Assembly: GCA_030704615.1 (NCBI GenBank)
Contig: CM060734.1
Span: 12,958,001 to 13,022,000 of the forward strand
Direction of reading: 5' to 3'
DNA length: 64,000 nucleotides
Source: Takakia lepidozioides
Lineage: Eukaryota; Plantae; Bryophyta
A model generated the notes under the pieces. The model was not told the origin of the DNA and did no database searches. It worked only from the letters and a program-made list of their open reading frames with translations. Of this stretch, positions 60,501 to 64,000 are shown piece by piece. The position numbers and the translations under genes are program-made. Numbering within the stretch: position 1 is the first letter of the stretch; the number at the start of each line of letters is the position of its first letter.

Positions 60501-63500
60501 AGTGAGGGGTGTAGTTGATACTGACAGTGTAAGTTCCTCAAACGCCTGTTGACATTCAGCTGTCCAGGCAAACACTGCATCTTTCTTCAGTAGTTTGCTC
60601 AATGGTGCTGCTATTTGTGCATACCTCTTGACAAATCTTCTGTAATAACTGGTTTGCCCAAGGAATCTCCTTAGATTCTTAACATTCACTGGTGGTGAAG
60701 AGGCTTTAATGGCCTCTGTCTTCCTGGGATCCACAAGAAGTCCCTTCTTACACACAATGTGTCCCAGAAGCACCCCTGAGTTCACACAGAAAGTACACTT
60801 CTCTGGATTCAGGCCCAGACCTCTCATCCTGCATCTGGCCAAACATAACTCCAATTTATGCAAGTGCTCATTCTTAGAGCTGTACACACTGAAATCATCC
60901 AAGAATACCTGCATGAAATCATCCAGATACTCATGAAAAGATTCACTTATCACTCTCTGAAAGGTCGCTGGTGCATTACAAAGTCCAAAGGGCATGACTT
61001 TGTATGCATAAGCCCCCCAGTCTGTGATGAAAGCTGTTTTCCCTTGGTCTTCTTCTGCCACTTGCACTTGATTATAACCACTGAAGCCATCCATGAATGA
61101 GTACATCTCATGGCCTGCCACAGTGTCTAATACTGCTTCTGTGAATGGCAAAGGAAAAGGATCTTTCTTTGTACAAGCATTCAGCTTTTATAGTTCACAC
61201 ATACTCTTAGTTTGCCATTCTTCTTGGGAACTATAACAATGGGTGACAACCAAGTCGTATACTCTATTGGGTATATAAACTTAGCCTCGGCCAACTTCTT
61301 TATCTCTTCTCCAACCTTCTGTGCGTAGTTGGGATTCATTCTATACCTCGCCTGCTTGATTGGTACTGACCCTGGTTCCAATTCAATCTTATGCTGACAG
61401 ACTTCAGGTGGTATCCCTTTTAGATCCTCATAGCTCCAAGCAAATACATCTCTGTATTTGATGAACAAGCTTTTAGCTTCTTCGAAGAATTCCGGCTCCA
61501 AATCAGCTCCTACTTTCACCATCCTCGGTTCCTCTTTAGTTCCCACATTTACTTCCCTCACCTGCTCATCAGCTGTGATTGTCCAACCAGTCACCACTTC
61601 ATCCTGTAAGCTCACAGTGGCTGGTTCTTCTAGGATTTCTATTTCTCCTTCTCTTTCTTCATAGAAATGTGATGGGTAAATGCTGGTTTCTTCTTCAGTT
61701 GGTGTTGCTATCACTACACCACAGCAGATACCTCTCAAACAACTTAGGCTTTCCAGCCGCATCTCTGCAACCTGCTCCCACTCTGGGTGTGCAGCAAATA
61801 GGGTAGCTTCCTGCTCCTCATCCAGTCCTCCTTTCCAGTCATACTCTCTGACTCCTTGAGGTCTTCTTGTAGCAGGTAATCTACTAGATTTCTTTGTGGT
61901 AATTTGTATCTCGTGTATCCCATTATGCACGGTTAGTAACTGAGAATTCCAGTCATGGAATACCCTGGCCTGTTTCAGCCACGGACGTCCCAATAATAAG
62001 GAGTAAGCCTCCATGACTTCATCCATCTTCAACACAGTTACTGTGATCATAAAGATCATCTTCTGTATCTGTATCTTAACTCCTCTTATTAATCCCAATG
62101 GCTGTACACTTCTTTGATCTGCCATTGTTACTGTAAATGGGGCTGGTTTCATGTTACTTAGACCAAGCTTCTTCCTTAATTGGTCTGTCATGATATTTAC
62201 TCCAGAACCTCCATCTATCAGTACATCAGTTAGTTCTGTGCTTCCAATTCTCAATTGGATTACTGGCATAGAATCATCAAAGTCCATGACTGTTTCTCGC
62301 CCTTCCGGCTTCACATTATAACTGGTCACCTTGCTGTTCAGGTCTGTGTTTCCTGTCTCCTGGGCAATTCGATTGATTGCTTGATACAGCCTGTGCCTAC
62401 AATAAGGTGCCACTTCTAATAGCTGTCCAATGGTAATTTCTGCTTTGGTCTGGCATATTACTTCAGCCAAAGTCTCTTCATTACTTTGTATGTCTGCATC
62501 TTCTTTCTTCCTTTCTTCCTCACTCCCTTCTCCTTCTCCATCAGAATCAGAGGAATCTGTCACAGGAATATCAGTACTCTTCTGCATTTCCCTTATAGTA
62601 TTTGCCACTTCCTTGTGCAGTTCCTTCTCATCTTTCCAAGTCTCTTCATCTTCAGGCATATCATTGCCACCTTCATTATCATCTTCTTCCTCTACTACTG
62701 GAGGTATTAGTTTGGCTTTACTTCTTGTTACTATCATTGTACTTACTTCTGGTACAACACATGGTCTAACCATGTGAGCTGCCACCACTGGGCCCTCATT
62801 CACAGGAGCTCTTATCTCATTCTGGTGTCTTATCCAGAATGAACAGGCTGCCCTGCGATGTCCTGGCTGATTACAATAGTAACATAGTTCTTCACCATTG
62901 GGTCCTCGCCCTTGGTCTGTTCTTGGATTATTTCTATAATCCTGATTCCCGGGCTGGTAATTCCCCCTTGGATTACCCTGATAGTTGCCTCTGGAATTTC
63001 TTGGTAATTCCCTCTTGAATTACCTCTCCCTTCCATGCCATTGTTATAACCACCAGACCTACCATAGTGGTCCTGATCATTGTTTCTTCTTGGCTGGGGC
63101 TGCACCTGATGCACCCTTACTTGCCTAGGTTCTCTTGCAGCTGTCCTTCTGTTGTAGTAACAATTCTCAGTAGAATGGTTATCCATTTTACAGATAGTAC
63201 AGTGTTTCTCCCTCATGTGGCATTCTGTGGTGGTATGGCCTTCATTCTGGCACTTTGCACACCATACACCCTTCCTCCAATGTGTTGCAGCCTCTGTGGC
63301 ATATTTCTTCAAGATTTCTTCCAATATTTTTTCATAGTTATCCCTCTTCAACTTCTCCTTTCTCTTACTCTTCCTTTTTAGTTCTTGCTCTTCTTCTTCA
63401 TCTGACTCATCCTCAGAGTCCTCATCATCTCTTTTCTCTCTCCTGAGCATTCCCAATTGCTCAATTCTGTTTGCAGTTTCAAATGCCTCCTCCACTGTAT

Positions 63501-64000
63501 TATGGGGTAACATATCCACTTTCTTTTGCAACTCTGGTCTTAGTCCACTCACAAACCAAGTCTTCTGTAAACCGGGTGCTGGTACTGCAGCCAGCTTTTT
63601 CATCATCAATTCCATCTTTTCCATATACTCCTCAACAGTTTCATGCTTCTTTTGCTTTAACTGTCGTAAACTTCCATACACTTCATCTTCAGTTTTACTT
63701 GTCCTGAACCTATTTCGAAATGCTGTACTCAAGCCATTCCAGGTTAGGAAATGATTATCAGGGAATCTTGCATACCATTCACTTGCTTTCTTGATGAGTG
63801 AACAAGGAAACAATCTCATCTTGGCATCATCGCCATTCTCATTGTTCACTATACACATGTGCTCAAATTGGCTAATGTGTACATCGGGATCCCCTTTTCC
63901 TGAATATATTGGAAAGGGTGGTTTTGCCCGTGTTGGTTGTAACGCCATCTGTGGCCCTACCTTCTGCCCACTGACAGGTGCTGGCACCCTTACTGGTGCT
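57551..64000 (-). mobile_element. Third family B copy in native order (gag-pol-repeat-extra ORF), truncated at 57551 and by the window end
   Basis: ORFs 62830-63987, 61181-62803, 60492-61151, 59702-60343 and 57387-59756 are near-identical in protein to 35343-40974 and 42657-43540. Confidence 0.95.

Overview
Eukaryotic, transposon-dense window from a plant. A non-seed land plant is my inference from the TE families present. It holds one intact host gene, COP9 signalosome subunit 4 (19217-23594, 14 exons), surrounded by decayed CACTA, MULE/SWIM, Sola2-like, LINE and Ty3/gypsy fragments. The main feature is Ty3/gypsy-type element A (27485-53947, + strand, AGGG target-site duplication), inserted in a LINE remnant. 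Its polyprotein reads Gag - protease - DNMT3-like cytosine-5 methyltransferase - RT - RNase H - DDE integrase - PHD finger. It has no tRNA primer-binding site but has a candidate self-priming site. Its termini are split as Y ... X-Y-X, which is what a 2-LTR circle re-opened at the internal palindrome GACA-GC-TGTC would give. Nested inside A is a second gypsy family, B (tRNA-Arg PBS, LTR-initiated ORF0, long 3' extra ORF). Its 34160-47828 copy looks like one aberrant integration event: self-inversion, an extra LTR fragment ending in an 18-nt tRNA-like copy, and a 441-bp host duplication. Further B and A fragments lie at 7.2-10 kb and 57-64 kb. All calls come from manual reading of the sequence; no searches were run.
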